Source of the DNA: Vicinamibacterales bacterium
GTDB taxonomy: Bacteria > Acidobacteriota > Vicinamibacteria > Vicinamibacterales > SCN-69-37
Assembly: GCA_035547155.1 (NCBI GenBank)
Contig: DASZVJ010000140.1
Coordinates: 209 to 64,208 of the forward strand
Direction: 5' to 3'
Length of the DNA: 64,000 bases
A program made the translations under genes and the position numbers. The first letter of the stretch is position 1, and each line of letters begins with the position of its first letter. The notes beneath the pieces were generated by a model. It saw only the letters and a program-made list of their open reading frames with translations, was not told the origin of the DNA and made no database searches. This document shows, piece after piece, positions 55,173 to 64,000 of the stretch.

Positions 55173-56918
55173 CTATCTCGTGAACACGCTCGGCAGAATC
55201 GCAAGCGGCTCGCCGCGGCGGAACAGTTGCAGCGCGGACACCGCGGTCTGCACCGCGCGAATCTCGGGGCGATGGAAGATCGCCTCGAGGCCGGCCGACG
55301 CGTCCGTCGACGATCCGAATTGACGCGAGAGCAGATCGTAAATCGATCGCTTCGCAGGATAAACGACGAGGCTCACGCCCTTGGCGGGATCGAGCTTCGC
55401 GCGCTCGGCGGCACGGCGGATCGCGAGGTCCAGGCCACCGAGCTCGTCGACGAGCCCGAGCTCGCGCGCCTGGTGGCCGGTCCACACGCGGCCTTGCGCG
55501 ACGGCGTCGATGCGCGCGGGCGTCTGCTGGCGGCCGTCGGCCACACGCTTGACGAACAGATCGTACGTCGTGCGCATCTGCTCTTCGACGCGCGCCCGCT
55601 CGTCGGTCGAGAACGGCCGGAACGGCGAGTTCATCTCGGCGAACGGCCCTTCACTGACCGCTCCCGATCCAACGCCGATCTTGTCGAGCCCGTCCTGCAC
55701 GACGAACTTGCCGGTGACGACGCCGATCGAACCGGTGAGCGTGCCGGGTTGCGCGACGATGACGTGCGCGGGCGCGGCGATGTAGTAGCCGCCGGACGCG
55801 GCCACGTCGCCCATCGAGACGACGACCGGCTTGACGTCACGCGTCAGCATCAGCTCGCGCCAGATCACTTCCGACGCGATCGCCGATCCGCCGGGACTGT
55901 CGATGCGGACGACCACGGCGCGAATGCCGGGATCGACGCGGACCTTGCGAATCCATTCGGTGAACGTGTCCGAGCCGAGCACTTGCCCGGCGGGCGAATC
56001 GAACGAGCTGTCACCGCTGGCGATCGTGCCGACCGCATAGAGCAACGCGATGCGTCCGCCGCTCTGCGGCCGCAGCGCCGACGGCAGCGCGCGATCGTAC
56101 TGGCTCTGCGAGATCTGCTGCGTGCCTTTGACGGGCGGTGCGCCGTCGAGCTGATCGCGATATGCGAGCTCGTCGACGAGGCCCGCCTTCTGTGCGCCAT
56201 CGGCCAGATACGGCCCGCCGTCGACGGCGCGGCGCGCGGCATCGTCGGTCAGCTTGCGCCCTTTGGCCACCGCGCGGACGAGCTCGTCGTACCAGTCGCG
56301 GTTGAGCGCCTTGTCCATCTCCCGGTGGGCCGCCGTGAACGTGCGCTCGGTGAACGTATTCGACGCGGTCTTGTAGTCGCCGATGTGCAGCATGTCCGGC
56401 TGCACGCCGAGCTTGTCGAGCGCGCCGCGGAAGAACAGCTCGTAGAACGCGAGCCCCGCGACGTCGAGCTGCCCCGCCGGCATCATCACGATGCGATCGG
56501 CCGCCGTCGCCAGGTAGTACTCGCCCGCGCCGCCGGCCTCGAGGTAGGCGATCACCGGCTTGCCGGACGTCTTGAAGTCCTCGAGCGCCGCGTGAATCTC
56601 CTGCGCCTGCCCCCACAACGCGCCGGCGGATGCCGGTTCGACAATGAGCGTCTTGATGCGCGCATCGGTCTTGGCGCGGCGAATCGCGTCGACCGTCGCG
56701 CGCAGCGTCGGCGCGGGATTCGATTGGATGAGCTGCAGCACGTCGGACGGCTCGATCTCGCTGTACGGCGCGTTGATCTTGAGCACGAGCGTGCTGTTCG
56801 AGGCGATCGTCGGCGTCGTCCCGGTGAACAGCGCGACGAGCACGAGACCAGCGGCCGAGACGAGCACCGCCAGCAGAATCAGAGTCAGGATGAGCGCGAC
56901 GCCACGTCGAGCGGACAC
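55173..56918 (-). CDS. sppA: signal peptide peptidase SppA, 67K (tandem S49) type
   Basis: N-terminal TM. Two ClpP/crotonase-like S49 halves. Catalytic-region motif MGDVAASGGYYIA. Confidence 0.9.
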   Translation of the reverse strand: MSARRGVALILTLILLAVLVSAAGLVLVALFTGTTPTIASNSTLVLKINAPYSEIEPSDVLQLIQSNPAPTLRATVDAIRRAKTDARIKTLIVEPASAGALWGQAQEIHAALEDFKTSGKPVIAYLEAGGAGEYYLATAADRIVMMPAGQLDVAGLAFYELFFRGALDKLGVQPDMLHIGDYKTASNTFTERTFTAAHREMDKALNRDWYDELVRAVAKGRKLTDDAARRAVDGGPYLADGAQKAGLVDELAYRDQLDGAPPVKGTQQISQSQYDRALPSALRPQSGGRIALLYAVGTIASGDSSFDSPAGQVLGSDTFTEWIRKVRVDPGIRAVVVRIDSPGGSAIASEVIWRELMLTRDVKPVVVSMGDVAASGGYYIAAPAHVIVAQPGTLTGSIGVVTGKFVVQDGLDKIGVGSGAVSEGPFAEMNSPFRPFSTDERARVEEQMRTTYDLFVKRVADGRQQTPARIDAVAQGRVWTGHQARELGLVDELGGLDLAIRRAAERAKLDPAKGVSLVVYPAKRSIYDLLSRQFGSSTDASAGLEAIFHRPEIRAVQTAVSALQLFRRGEPLAILPSVFTR

Positions 56919-56944
56919 AGGCAGGACCTCTTTGGCAGTATAGC

Positions 56945-57000
56945 GGGCTTCGGAAGGCTTGGGGCCTGGGGCTTGAAACTTGGCTTCTGGCTTCTAACTT
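56945..57000. repeat. GGGCTT/GGCTTC-type short-unit array
   Basis: gggcttcg gaaggctt ggggcctg gggcttga aacttggcttc tggcttct aactt. Confidence 0.7.
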
Positions 57001-57029
57001 TTGACGTTTCTTTCGTCGTGTCCTGCAAC

Positions 57030-57054
57030 GGGCGACCACGAGGGTCGCCCCTAC
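57030..57054 (+). repeat. solo half of the GC-rich REP-like element, copy 4
   Basis: gggcgacc-acga-gggtcgcccctac. The CTA at 57051-57053 is the TAG stop of the MscS-family gene. Near-identical to 23284-23308. Confidence 0.8.
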
Positions 57055-58085
57055 GGCGTGGACGTTACGCGCACCGGCGGCTCGGCCCAGCGGATGTTTT
57101 CCTTCCGGAACCGCGCGTGCAGACGTTTGATGAGCTCGTGGCGGATCAGATATTGGTCGGTGAACGTGCGGACGCGGAAGCCGACGTTCATCTTGATGCC
57201 GATTTCGGACACCGCGCCGAAGCGGATCGCCGGGTCCGCGGTCGGCACAGCGCCCGTGACAGTCCGCACGACGTCCCACGCGACCTCGAGTGACGCGCGC
57301 TCGACGGCGGCCAGATCGTTGTCCGTATCGATGATCACATCCAGTCCCATGCCGATCTCCGGCGTCGGCTGGCTGTAGTTGGTGACGACGGCCTGCGCAA
57401 GCTTCGCGTTCGGCACGTCGAGCATGTTGTCGCCAAGCTGCTTGATCCGCGCGGATCGCCAGTTGAAATCGACGACATAACCTTCCGCGCCGCTGTCGAG
57501 CCGCACGTAGTCGCCGATGCGCACGAACCCGGCGATCGAGACGAACAATCCCGCAAACAGATTCGACAGTGGATCCTGCAGCGCGAGCGCGACGGCCAAG
57601 CCGCCCACGCCGAGGACCGTCAGCATCGGCGTGATCTCGTAGCCGAACGATCGGACGACCACGAGCGCGCCGAGCAGCGTGACGACGATCCGGATGAGGT
57701 TGACGGTGAGGCCGGACACCGGCACGGCATTGCGCGTGCCGTACGAGTGCGCGAGACGCGTCAACACGGCGGCGATGGCGAACGTCACCGACGCGACGCC
57801 GACGGCGGCGAGCCACAACGTCGCCTGCAGGTGCGCCGCGCCGGTCAGCGGCCAGCGCGCTTGCGACAGGTGCAGGCCGATCAGGACGCTCCACAGCGGG
57901 ATGCGCCGTCCGATCTCCTGCAGCAGGATGTCGTCCCAGTCGCCCGCCGTGCGCGCCGCCAGCCGCGAGAACCGCGTCGCCAGCACGAGCCGCACGACGT
58001 GCCCGACCGCGAAGAGCACGCCGATCGTGACGACCGTCCACAACGCCTGCACGACCCACGTCGGCCAGTGATCGAAACCCACCAT
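57051..58085 (-). CDS. mechanosensitive ion channel (MscS family)
   Basis: Multiple N-terminal TM helices, then the MscS beta-domain core (PLSNLFAGLFVSIAGFVRIGDYVRL...GYVVDFNWRSARIK). Confidence 0.88.
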   Translation of the reverse strand: MVGFDHWPTWVVQALWTVVTIGVLFAVGHVVRLVLATRFSRLAARTAGDWDDILLQEIGRRIPLWSVLIGLHLSQARWPLTGAAHLQATLWLAAVGVASVTFAIAAVLTRLAHSYGTRNAVPVSGLTVNLIRIVVTLLGALVVVRSFGYEITPMLTVLGVGGLAVALALQDPLSNLFAGLFVSIAGFVRIGDYVRLDSGAEGYVVDFNWRSARIKQLGDNMLDVPNAKLAQAVVTNYSQPTPEIGMGLDVIIDTDNDLAAVERASLEVAWDVVRTVTGAVPTADPAIRFGAVSEIGIKMNVGFRVRTFTDQYLIRHELIKRLHARFRKENIRWAEPPVRVTSTP

Positions 58086-58212
58086 CTCACTACCTCTCTA
58101 TCGCACTATCGCACTATCTGACATCGCGCTATCTCGCTATCTGCTTCGGTCCCCCTCGTCCCTTGGTCCCTTGGTCCCTTGGTCCCGTCGTCCTCTGGTC
58201 CCGTCGTCCCTT
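58086..58212. repeat. composite one-armed array: CTATCKCN octamers (58086-58144), then YYSGTCCC units (58148-58212)
   Basis: ctcactac ctctctat cgcactat cgcactat ctgacat cgcgctat ctcgctat ctgc. Then ttcggtccc cctcgtccc ttggtccc ttggtccc ttggtccc gtcgtcc tctggtccc gtcgtccc. Confidence 0.9.
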
Positions 58213-58248
58213 CCTTCCGATAACAGATCCGGAGCAGTCCGAGGCCCC

Positions 58249-61104
58249 ATGCCCGAACCCGTCGACGCGGTCCCGACACCACCTCACGCGCCCGATCCCG
58301 GCCCGCGTGACGTGATGGCCGTCCGCTTCTATCTGACCTCGGCCACGCTGACCATCGTCGTCATCGCCATCGCGCTGAGCGCACTGGCGGGCTGGATCTT
58401 CGATATCGCCGCGCTCAAGAGCGTCTTCACGGGGCTGGTCGCGACGAAAATCAACTCCGCGATCGCGCTGCTCTTCTCGGCCATCGCGTTGTGGATCTAT
58501 CGCGGCCCGTCGCGGGGATCGTCGATCGATCTCATCTTGCGGACGACGATTGGCTTTGCGATCGCGATCGGCGTGCTGACGATCGTCGAGCACGCGACGG
58601 GACGAAGCCTCGGCATCGATCAGATGCTCGTCCTCGATCCATCCGGACAAGGCGAGGCGCCTGGACGGATGCCGCTGTCGACGGCCGCAGCGATCGTGCT
58701 CTTCGGCGCCGCGGTGCTCACGGCCGACGCGCGGCGCAGCTACGGCCTCGCGCAAGTGCTCGCCGGCGCCGTTGTCGCGATCGCGATCCTGAGCGGCGTC
58801 GGATATTTCCTCGGCTTGAACGAGACGACCGATCCCGGCCAATTCGGCTACATGAGCGTGCAGATCGCTGTCGGTCTGCTGTTGCTCGGTCTCGCCTTCT
58901 TCTTCGCCCGGCCGGATCAGGGCGTGATGGACGTCGTGATCGACGCCGGCCCCGCAGGGTTGATCGCGCGTCAGCTCGTGCCCGTCGTCGTCGTGCTGCC
59001 GCCGGCGCTGGCGTGGCTGTCGTGGCAGGGCGTCGAGCGCGGCCTGTACGAGCCGGCGTTCGCGATGACGCTGTTCGTCACGCTCGCGGTGAGCGCGCTC
59101 TGTCTCGCGATTCTCGCCGGCGGACGGCTGCTGGCCGGGTTCGAGTCGAAGCGCGCGACGGCCGAGGCGCAGCACACCGAGAGCGAAGAGCGCCTGCGGC
59201 GCGCGGTCACGGGCGCGCCGATCCCGATGATCATCCACGACGGCGATCGCATCCTGCACATGAGCCGCGGCTGGACGGAGCTCTCCGGCTATCTGCTCGC
59301 CGAGACGCCCACGCTGAGCGCGTGGATCGCGCGCGCGCAGCCGGACCTGCTGCCCGACCTGCCGCGCTACGTCGCGCGCCTCAACGCCGCGACGGAAACC
59401 CTCACCGGGGGCGAGCATCCGGTGACGACGCGCGAGGGCGAGACGCGGGTGTGGGAGCTGTCGTCGACGCCACTCGGCAGTCTCGGCCCCGATCGCCTGT
59501 TCGTGACGATGGCCGTCGACATCACGGCGCGCAAGCAGGCGGAAGCCGATCTCCGCAAGATGAACGAAGGGCTCGAGCAGCGCATCGGCGAGCGCACGGC
59601 CGAGCTCACGCGCGCGAACGACGCGCTGCGGCGCCAGTCGGATCAGCTCCGCGAGCAGGCGACGCTGCTCGATCTCGTGCGCGACGGCATCCTCGTCCGC
59701 GATCTCCGCGGCACGATTGTCTACTGGAGCGCGGGCGCGGCCGAGATGTACGGCTGGACGCGCAAGGAAGCCTGCGGCCGCGTGTCGCACGAGCTGCTCG
59801 GCGCCGAATATCCGCGGCCGCTGACCGAGATCGAGCAGCACGTGCTCGAGACGGGCGACTGGGAAGGCGAAGTCAGCCAGCGCACGCGCAACGGCGAGCG
59901 CGTGCTCGTCGCGAGCCGCTTGACGCTGACGCGGACCGAGCGCGGCACGCCGGAGGGCTTCCTCGAAGTCAACCGCGACGTCACGTCGCGCAAGATCGCA
60001 CAGGACTCGCTGCGCGACAGCGAAGCGCGCTTCCGCGCCGTGGCCGAGACGGCGATCGAAGGCATCGTCTCCGTCAACGAGGCCGGCATCATCCAGTACT
60101 GGAACCCTGGCGCCGAGCGAATCTTCGGCCGTCCCGCGTCCGAGGCAATTGGTCAGCCGCTCGCCGCCGCGATGCCCGATCCGCTGCTCGCCTCGTCGCG
60201 GCTGCCGGCCGCGCAAGGCGCCGTCGGCACGACGTTCGAGACGATCGGCCGGCGCAAGGACGGCAGCGAGTGCCCGCTCGAGCTCTCGCTCTCGGCATGG
60301 ACCAACGCGCAGGGCGCGCGGTTCTTCACCGCGATCGTGCGCGACATCACGGAGCGCAAGGCCGCCGAACGCGCACTCGAGTCGAAGGCCGACGAGCTCG
60401 CACGATCGAACCAGGAGCTCGAGCAGTTCGCCTACGTCGCGTCGCACGATCTGCAGGAGCCGCTGCGGATGGTGTCGAACTACACGCAGCTGCTCGCGCG
60501 GCGCTACAAGGATCGGCTCGACGAGGACGCGAACGAGTTCATCGCGTTCGCCGTCGACGGCGCGACGCGCATGCAGGACCTGATTCGCGATCTGCTGCAG
60601 TACGCGCGCGTGGGCACGCGCGGCAAGGAGTTCAAGCCGACGCCCGCCGAGCAGATCGTCGCCGACGCGCTCGCGAATCTGTCGACGGCCATCGACGAGG
60701 CGCACGCCGATGTGGTCGTCGATCCGCTGCCCACGCTCGTCTGCGATGCGACGCAAATGGCCCAGGTCTTCCAGAACCTCATCGGCAATGCCGTGAAGTT
60801 CCGCCGGCCAGGGTCGCGGCCACGCGTGCACATTTCGGCCGCCCGTGGCACGCGGGCCTGGACGATCGCGATTGCCGACAACGGCATCGGCATCGAGCCC
60901 AAGTATTTCGACCGGATTTTCCAGATGTTTCAACGTCTGCACGCGCGGGCCGACTATCCAGGTACGGGCATCGGCCTGGCGCTGTGCAAGAAGATCATCG
61001 AGCGCCACGGCGGCCGCATCCGCGTAGAGTCGGCGCCCGGAACCGGCACGACGTTCTCTTTTACAATGCCGGATGCTCCCGGTCAGGCCAGCGAGGCGCG
61101 ATGA
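58249..61104 (+). CDS. multi-TM, triple-PAS sensor histidine kinase
   Basis: Start set to ATG 58249 (MPEPVD), because the ORF-track start at 58171 lies inside the repeat array. About 8 TM helices, three PAS modules (each followed by DITxRK/DVTSRK), H-box FAYVASHDLQEPLR, and HATPase motifs (NLIGNAVKF, DNGIGI, GTGIGLALCKKIIERHGG). Confidence 0.87.
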   Translation: MPEPVDAVPTPPHAPDPGPRDVMAVRFYLTSATLTIVVIAIALSALAGWIFDIAALKSVFTGLVATKINSAIALLFSAIALWIYRGPSRGSSIDLILRTTIGFAIAIGVLTIVEHATGRSLGIDQMLVLDPSGQGEAPGRMPLSTAAAIVLFGAAVLTADARRSYGLAQVLAGAVVAIAILSGVGYFLGLNETTDPGQFGYMSVQIAVGLLLLGLAFFFARPDQGVMDVVIDAGPAGLIARQLVPVVVVLPPALAWLSWQGVERGLYEPAFAMTLFVTLAVSALCLAILAGGRLLAGFESKRATAEAQHTESEERLRRAVTGAPIPMIIHDGDRILHMSRGWTELSGYLLAETPTLSAWIARAQPDLLPDLPRYVARLNAATETLTGGEHPVTTREGETRVWELSSTPLGSLGPDRLFVTMAVDITARKQAEADLRKMNEGLEQRIGERTAELTRANDALRRQSDQLREQATLLDLVRDGILVRDLRGTIVYWSAGAAEMYGWTRKEACGRVSHELLGAEYPRPLTEIEQHVLETGDWEGEVSQRTRNGERVLVASRLTLTRTERGTPEGFLEVNRDVTSRKIAQDSLRDSEARFRAVAETAIEGIVSVNEAGIIQYWNPGAERIFGRPASEAIGQPLAAAMPDPLLASSRLPAAQGAVGTTFETIGRRKDGSECPLELSLSAWTNAQGARFFTAIVRDITERKAAERALESKADELARSNQELEQFAYVASHDLQEPLRMVSNYTQLLARRYKDRLDEDANEFIAFAVDGATRMQDLIRDLLQYARVGTRGKEFKPTPAEQIVADALANLSTAIDEAHADVVVDPLPTLVCDATQMAQVFQNLIGNAVKFRRPGSRPRVHISAARGTRAWTIAIADNGIGIEPKYFDRIFQMFQRLHARADYPGTGIGLALCKKIIERHGGRIRVESAPGTGTTFSFTMPDAPGQASEAR

Positions 61105-61532
61105 AGCCGATCGACATTCTGCTCGTCGAGGACAACCCGGGCGACGCGCGTCTGACGCGCGAGGCGCTCGCCCACAGCAAGGTCCGCAACCATCTCCATC
61201 ACGTGCGTGACGGCGAGGAGGCGCTCGCCTTCCTGCGCCGGCAGGGTGCGTTCGCCGAGATGCCGACGCCGGATCTCGTGCTGCTCGATCTGAATTTGCC
61301 GCGGCGCGACGGCCGCGAGGTGCTGGAGGACATCAAGCAGGATCCACAGCTGAAGCACATTCCCGTCGTCATCCTGACCTCGTCGCAGGCCGACGAGGAC
61401 ATCCTGCGCAGCTATCGGCTGCACGCGAATTGTTTCATCACCAAGCCGGTCGATCTCGAGCAACTGACGAAGGTCGTCCAGGGCATCGAGCAGTTCTGGT
61501 TCACGCTCGTCAAGCTGCCGCCGGAGATCTAA
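61101..61532 (+). CDS. stand-alone CheY-like response regulator (receiver only)
   Basis: ATGA overlap with the kinase stop. ILLVEDNPGD, LVLLDLNLPRRDG, ILTSS and ITKP receiver landmarks. Confidence 0.9.
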   Translation: MKPIDILLVEDNPGDARLTREALAHSKVRNHLHHVRDGEEALAFLRRQGAFAEMPTPDLVLLDLNLPRRDGREVLEDIKQDPQLKHIPVVILTSSQADEDILRSYRLHANCFITKPVDLEQLTKVVQGIEQFWFTLVKLPPEI

Positions 61533-62417
61533 GTGCCTGCCGATCGCATCCAGGTCCTGCTCGTCGAAGACAATCCGGGTGACGCGCGCTACGTCCGCGA
61601 GCTGCTCGGCGAAGCGGACGCGCGCGAGTTCGATCTGACGCACGTCGCGACCGTGCGCGAAGCGATCGAGCAATTGCAGAGCGGTCCGGAGCGGATCGAC
61701 GCCGTGCTGCTCGATCTCAGCCTGCCCGACGACTCCGGCCTCAACACGCTGCGGCGTGTCGTCGAAGCCGCGTCGACCGCCGTGGTCGTCGTCATGACCG
61801 GTGCGGGCGACGATGAGTTGGGGCTGGCCGCGGTGCGCGAAGGCGCGCAGGACTATCTCGTGAAAGGCACGGTCACCGCGCAGACGCTGCGGCGCGCGCT
61901 GCGCTTCGCGCTCGAACGGCAGCACAAGACGCAGAGCGTCTCGTACACGGACGAGCTCACGGGCCTCAACAATCGCCGCGGCTTCCTGATGCTGGCCGAA
62001 CAGCAGGTCCGCCTGGCGCGGCGCCAGCGCACGCCGTTCCTGCTGCTGTTCATGGACCTCGATCAGCTCAAGCACATCAACGACACGCTCGGCCATGCCG
62101 AGGGCAATCGCGCGCTCGTCGAGGCCGCCGATCTGCTGCGCGGCTGTTTCCGCCAGAGCGACATCCTCGCGCGGTTCGGCGGCGACGAGTTCGCCGCGCT
62201 CGCGCTCAGCGGCGACGGCGCGGATGACGTGACGATCCGGACGCGCATCAACACGGCGCTCGATCGCGTCAACGACCGCCGCGACCGTCAATACCCGCTG
62301 CGCTTCAGCATGGGCGTCCTCGCCTGCTCGCCTCACGAGAACGGATCGATCGAGACGCTGCTCGAACAGGCCGACACGCTGATGTACCGCGAGAAGCGGC
62401 ACAAGAAGCGGGCGTAG
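61533..62417 (+). CDS. response regulator with GGDEF output (PleD-like diguanylate cyclase)
   Basis: GTG start immediately after the upstream TAA. REC domain (VLLVEDNPGD, AVLLDLSLPDDSG). GGDEF domain (DLDQLKHIND; I-site RQSD five residues before RFGGDEFAAL). Confidence 0.9.
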   Translation: MPADRIQVLLVEDNPGDARYVRELLGEADAREFDLTHVATVREAIEQLQSGPERIDAVLLDLSLPDDSGLNTLRRVVEAASTAVVVVMTGAGDDELGLAAVREGAQDYLVKGTVTAQTLRRALRFALERQHKTQSVSYTDELTGLNNRRGFLMLAEQQVRLARRQRTPFLLLFMDLDQLKHINDTLGHAEGNRALVEAADLLRGCFRQSDILARFGGDEFAALALSGDGADDVTIRTRINTALDRVNDRRDRQYPLRFSMGVLACSPHENGSIETLLEQADTLMYREKRHKKRA

Positions 62418-62422
62418 CGGGC

Positions 62423-62479
62423 ATTCGACGTTCGAAATCGAAGTTGGAAATTCTAGAGGCCGAAACTCGACGTGCGAAC
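62423..62479. repeat. degenerate TTCGAA-type heptamer array between convergent stops
   Basis: attcgac gttcgaa atcgaa gttggaa attctag aggccgaa actcgac gtgcgaac. Confidence 0.65.
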
Positions 62480-62492
62480 GGCCGCGGATCGG

Positions 62493-62963
62493 TCAGCGTG
62501 CCGGGCAGTCGCCCGGGACTGGCCGCCAGCTCTCGACGTCGATGACGACCTGATTGTCGACGGGCCCCGGCATCGCGCCCGGCCCCGGCTGCGGCTGCGC
62601 CGCGCCGATGTGGAACGGCCCGACACCAATGCCGCTCGGCGTCAGATCGCTCTTGCGAATCAGTCCGGTGAGTTCGACCTGCGTGCCCTCGTGACGCCGG
62701 ATGTCGGCGATGAGCGCCTTCGGCCCACTCATCCGCAAGTGCATGCCTTCGGGCACCGTGGTCGAGCGTCCCGGCTGATCGGTCGTGATGGGACCGGCCG
62801 TGAAGACGTAGCCCTTCGAGCATCCCGGGATGTAGACGCGAACGGAGTCTTTCGGCACGGGTTTGGCCGTCTCCTGCGCGAAGGCCGGTACAGCGCAGGC
62901 GAGCGCCGCCGCCAGTGCGAAGCCAACACGCGTCATGACCATCCTCTCGTGGGACACATTCAC
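62493..62963 (-). CDS. exported hypothetical protein
   Basis: Signal peptide MTRVGFALAAALACAVPAFAQE; the likely true start is ATG 62936. No family recognised. Confidence 0.5.
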   Translation of the reverse strand: MNVSHERMVMTRVGFALAAALACAVPAFAQETAKPVPKDSVRVYIPGCSKGYVFTAGPITTDQPGRSTTVPEGMHLRMSGPKALIADIRRHEGTQVELTGLIRKSDLTPSGIGVGPFHIGAAQPQPGPGAMPGPVDNQVVIDVESWRPVPGDCPAR

Positions 62964-63089
62964 TTGTCCGCCAGTTGGGCGGTACGGCCGTTCGGATCTG
63001 CGAGTAGGCTCAACAAGCGCGAGCGCCTACTGCGTACTGGCTTGCCGGCCGACGCGCACGCCCGTGCGTTGACACGCGTGCGCGAAGGC

Positions 63090-63176
63090 TGGTGCGGAAG
63101 AGAGGACTCGAACCTCCACTCCCTTGCGGGAACAAGCTCCTGAGGCTTGCGCGTCTGCCAATTCCGCCACTTCCGC
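63090..63176 (-). tRNA. tRNA-Leu (anticodon CAG), class II with long variable arm, CCA encoded
   Basis: Reverse complement reads GCGGAAGTGGCGGAATTGGCAGACGCGCAAGCCTCAGGAGCTTGTTCCCGCAAGGGAGTGGAGGTTCGAGTCCTCTCTTCCGCACCA. It has a 7-bp acceptor stem, anticodon stem CAAGC/GCTTG with loop CTCAGGA, T-loop GGTTCGAGTCC, and a terminal CCA. Confidence 0.93.
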
Positions 63177-63274
63177 ATGTGCGCCGGACCAGGCGGGAGG
63201 TCCAGCGGTTCCAGAACGACCGATTATAGCAGTGCTTTCGTTCCGGCGCGTCATCCGCCATAGTAGGCGGTTCG

Positions 63275-64000
63275 ATGACCACGACACACGAGGCGGCCAC
63301 CGGCGACTTCCACAAGTTCCTCGACCGCGACTGGGCCTATTGGACGGCCCAATTCCCCGAATGGGCGACCGTCATCGGCGAGCGCGGACACAACGATCGC
63401 TGGACGGATGCGTCGCCCGACGCGATTGCCGGCCGCGCCGCCCACGCGCGCGAGTCCGCGCGTGAGCTCGCGCGCATCGATCGCGCGGCCCTCAGCGACG
63501 CCGATCGGCTGAACCTCGATCTCTACCGCGATCTCGTGGACACCGCGACGCAGGGACTCGCGTTCCACCTCGATCCATTTCCGATTCGCAGCGTCGTGCC
63601 GCGCATGCCGCTATCGGCCGTCAACCAGCTCGAAGGCGTGCCGCAGGACGTGCCGATGGTCCTGTCGCTGATGCCCGCCGAGTCGGTCGCCGACTACGAG
63701 GACATGCTCGCGCGCCTGCGCGCCGTGCCGCGGCTCGTCGAGCAGACGATCGCGCAGCTCGCGCAGGGCATCGCACTTGGGCTGACGCCACCGGCGATGG
63801 CCATCCGCGGCGTGCCCGCGCAGGTCGCCGCGCAGCTCGTCGACGACGCGCACGCGAGTCCCATGCTCGAGCCCTTCGCGCGTTTCCCGTCGTCGATCGC
63901 GCCGGCCGAGCGCGATCGGCTGCGCGCCGATGCCGCGCGCGTCTTCGTCGAACACGTGCGTCCGGCGTTCGTACGACTGCACGCCTATCTCGTAGACGAC
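63275..64000 (+). CDS. DUF885-family protein (N-terminal part; CDS runs off the right edge)
   Basis: Open frame from ATG 63275 to the window end (not in the ORF track because it has no stop). Sequence FHKFLDRDWAYWTAQFPEWATVIGERGHNDRWTDASPDAI...DRLNLDLYRDLV has the typical DUF885 N-terminal layout. Confidence 0.62.
   Translation, partial: MTTTHEAATGDFHKFLDRDWAYWTAQFPEWATVIGERGHNDRWTDASPDAIAGRAAHARESARELARIDRAALSDADRLNLDLYRDLVDTATQGLAFHLDPFPIRSVVPRMPLSAVNQLEGVPQDVPMVLSLMPAESVADYEDMLARLRAVPRLVEQTIAQLAQGIALGLTPPAMAIRGVPAQVAAQLVDDAHASPMLEPFARFPSSIAPAERDRLRADAARVFVEHVRPAFVRLHAYLVDD

Noticed and set aside
55227-57293. 688-aa + strand ORF
   Set aside because: It is antisense to sppA and runs through an intergenic repeat array into mscS. 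It is a shadow ORF.
58129-61008. 959-aa ORF on the - strand
   Set aside because: It is antisense to the PAS histidine kinase. It is a shadow ORF with Arg/Asp-rich low-information sequence.
58491-61532. 1013-aa + strand ORF in a second frame over the kinase gene
   Set aside because: Only its last 143 codons (61101-61532) encode a real protein, the CheY-like receiver. The upstream 870 codons are Arg/Ala/Pro-rich out-of-frame read-through of the kinase gene.

Overview
GC-rich bacterial chromosomal DNA. It is probably from Acidobacteriota, judged only from an ADOP-type duplicated FtsX permease and the general gene content. About 60 credible genes are tightly packed, and many are translationally coupled through 4-nt ATGA/GTGA/TTGA overlaps.

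Gene order, left to right:
- a visibly lower-GC flank carrying an IS1-family transposase
- a cupredoxin / histidine kinase / sigma-54 response-regulator operon
- lipA
- marR plus a CBS-ClC channel, divergent from an ADOP permease
- a UDG
- a secreted DUF1080-FGE-like fusion
- the pyruvate dehydrogenase operon (aceE-aceF-lpdA)
- an M49-like peptidase and a GDPD
- an orphan ChlI-like AAA+ / VWA pair
- folE flanked by unknown envelope proteins
- a doubled ABC-2 exporter
- NUDIX, tsaD, mtnA
- a cdd-PNP-deoA salvage cluster
- an Atl-like protein
- an ECF sigma / anti-sigma / DUF4097 operon
- GGDEF-mreBCD-mrdA-rodA followed by rng
- ppiD, sppA, mscS
- a PAS kinase / CheY / REC-GGDEF module
- tRNA-Leu(CAG)
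- a partial DUF885 gene

I found no CRISPR array, prophage or recognisable defence island.

The most unusual signal is in the non-coding DNA:
- Nearly every intergenic spacer is built from arrays of degenerate 7-8 nt units, in at least six sequence flavours. The arrays are often arranged as long inverted arrays.
- A second, GC-rich bipartite palindromic element abuts the 3' ends of four minus-strand genes. In three of these cases the element supplies the TAG stop codon.

All product calls come from motif recognition by eye, with no database search. Internal start sites were computed from the ORF track.
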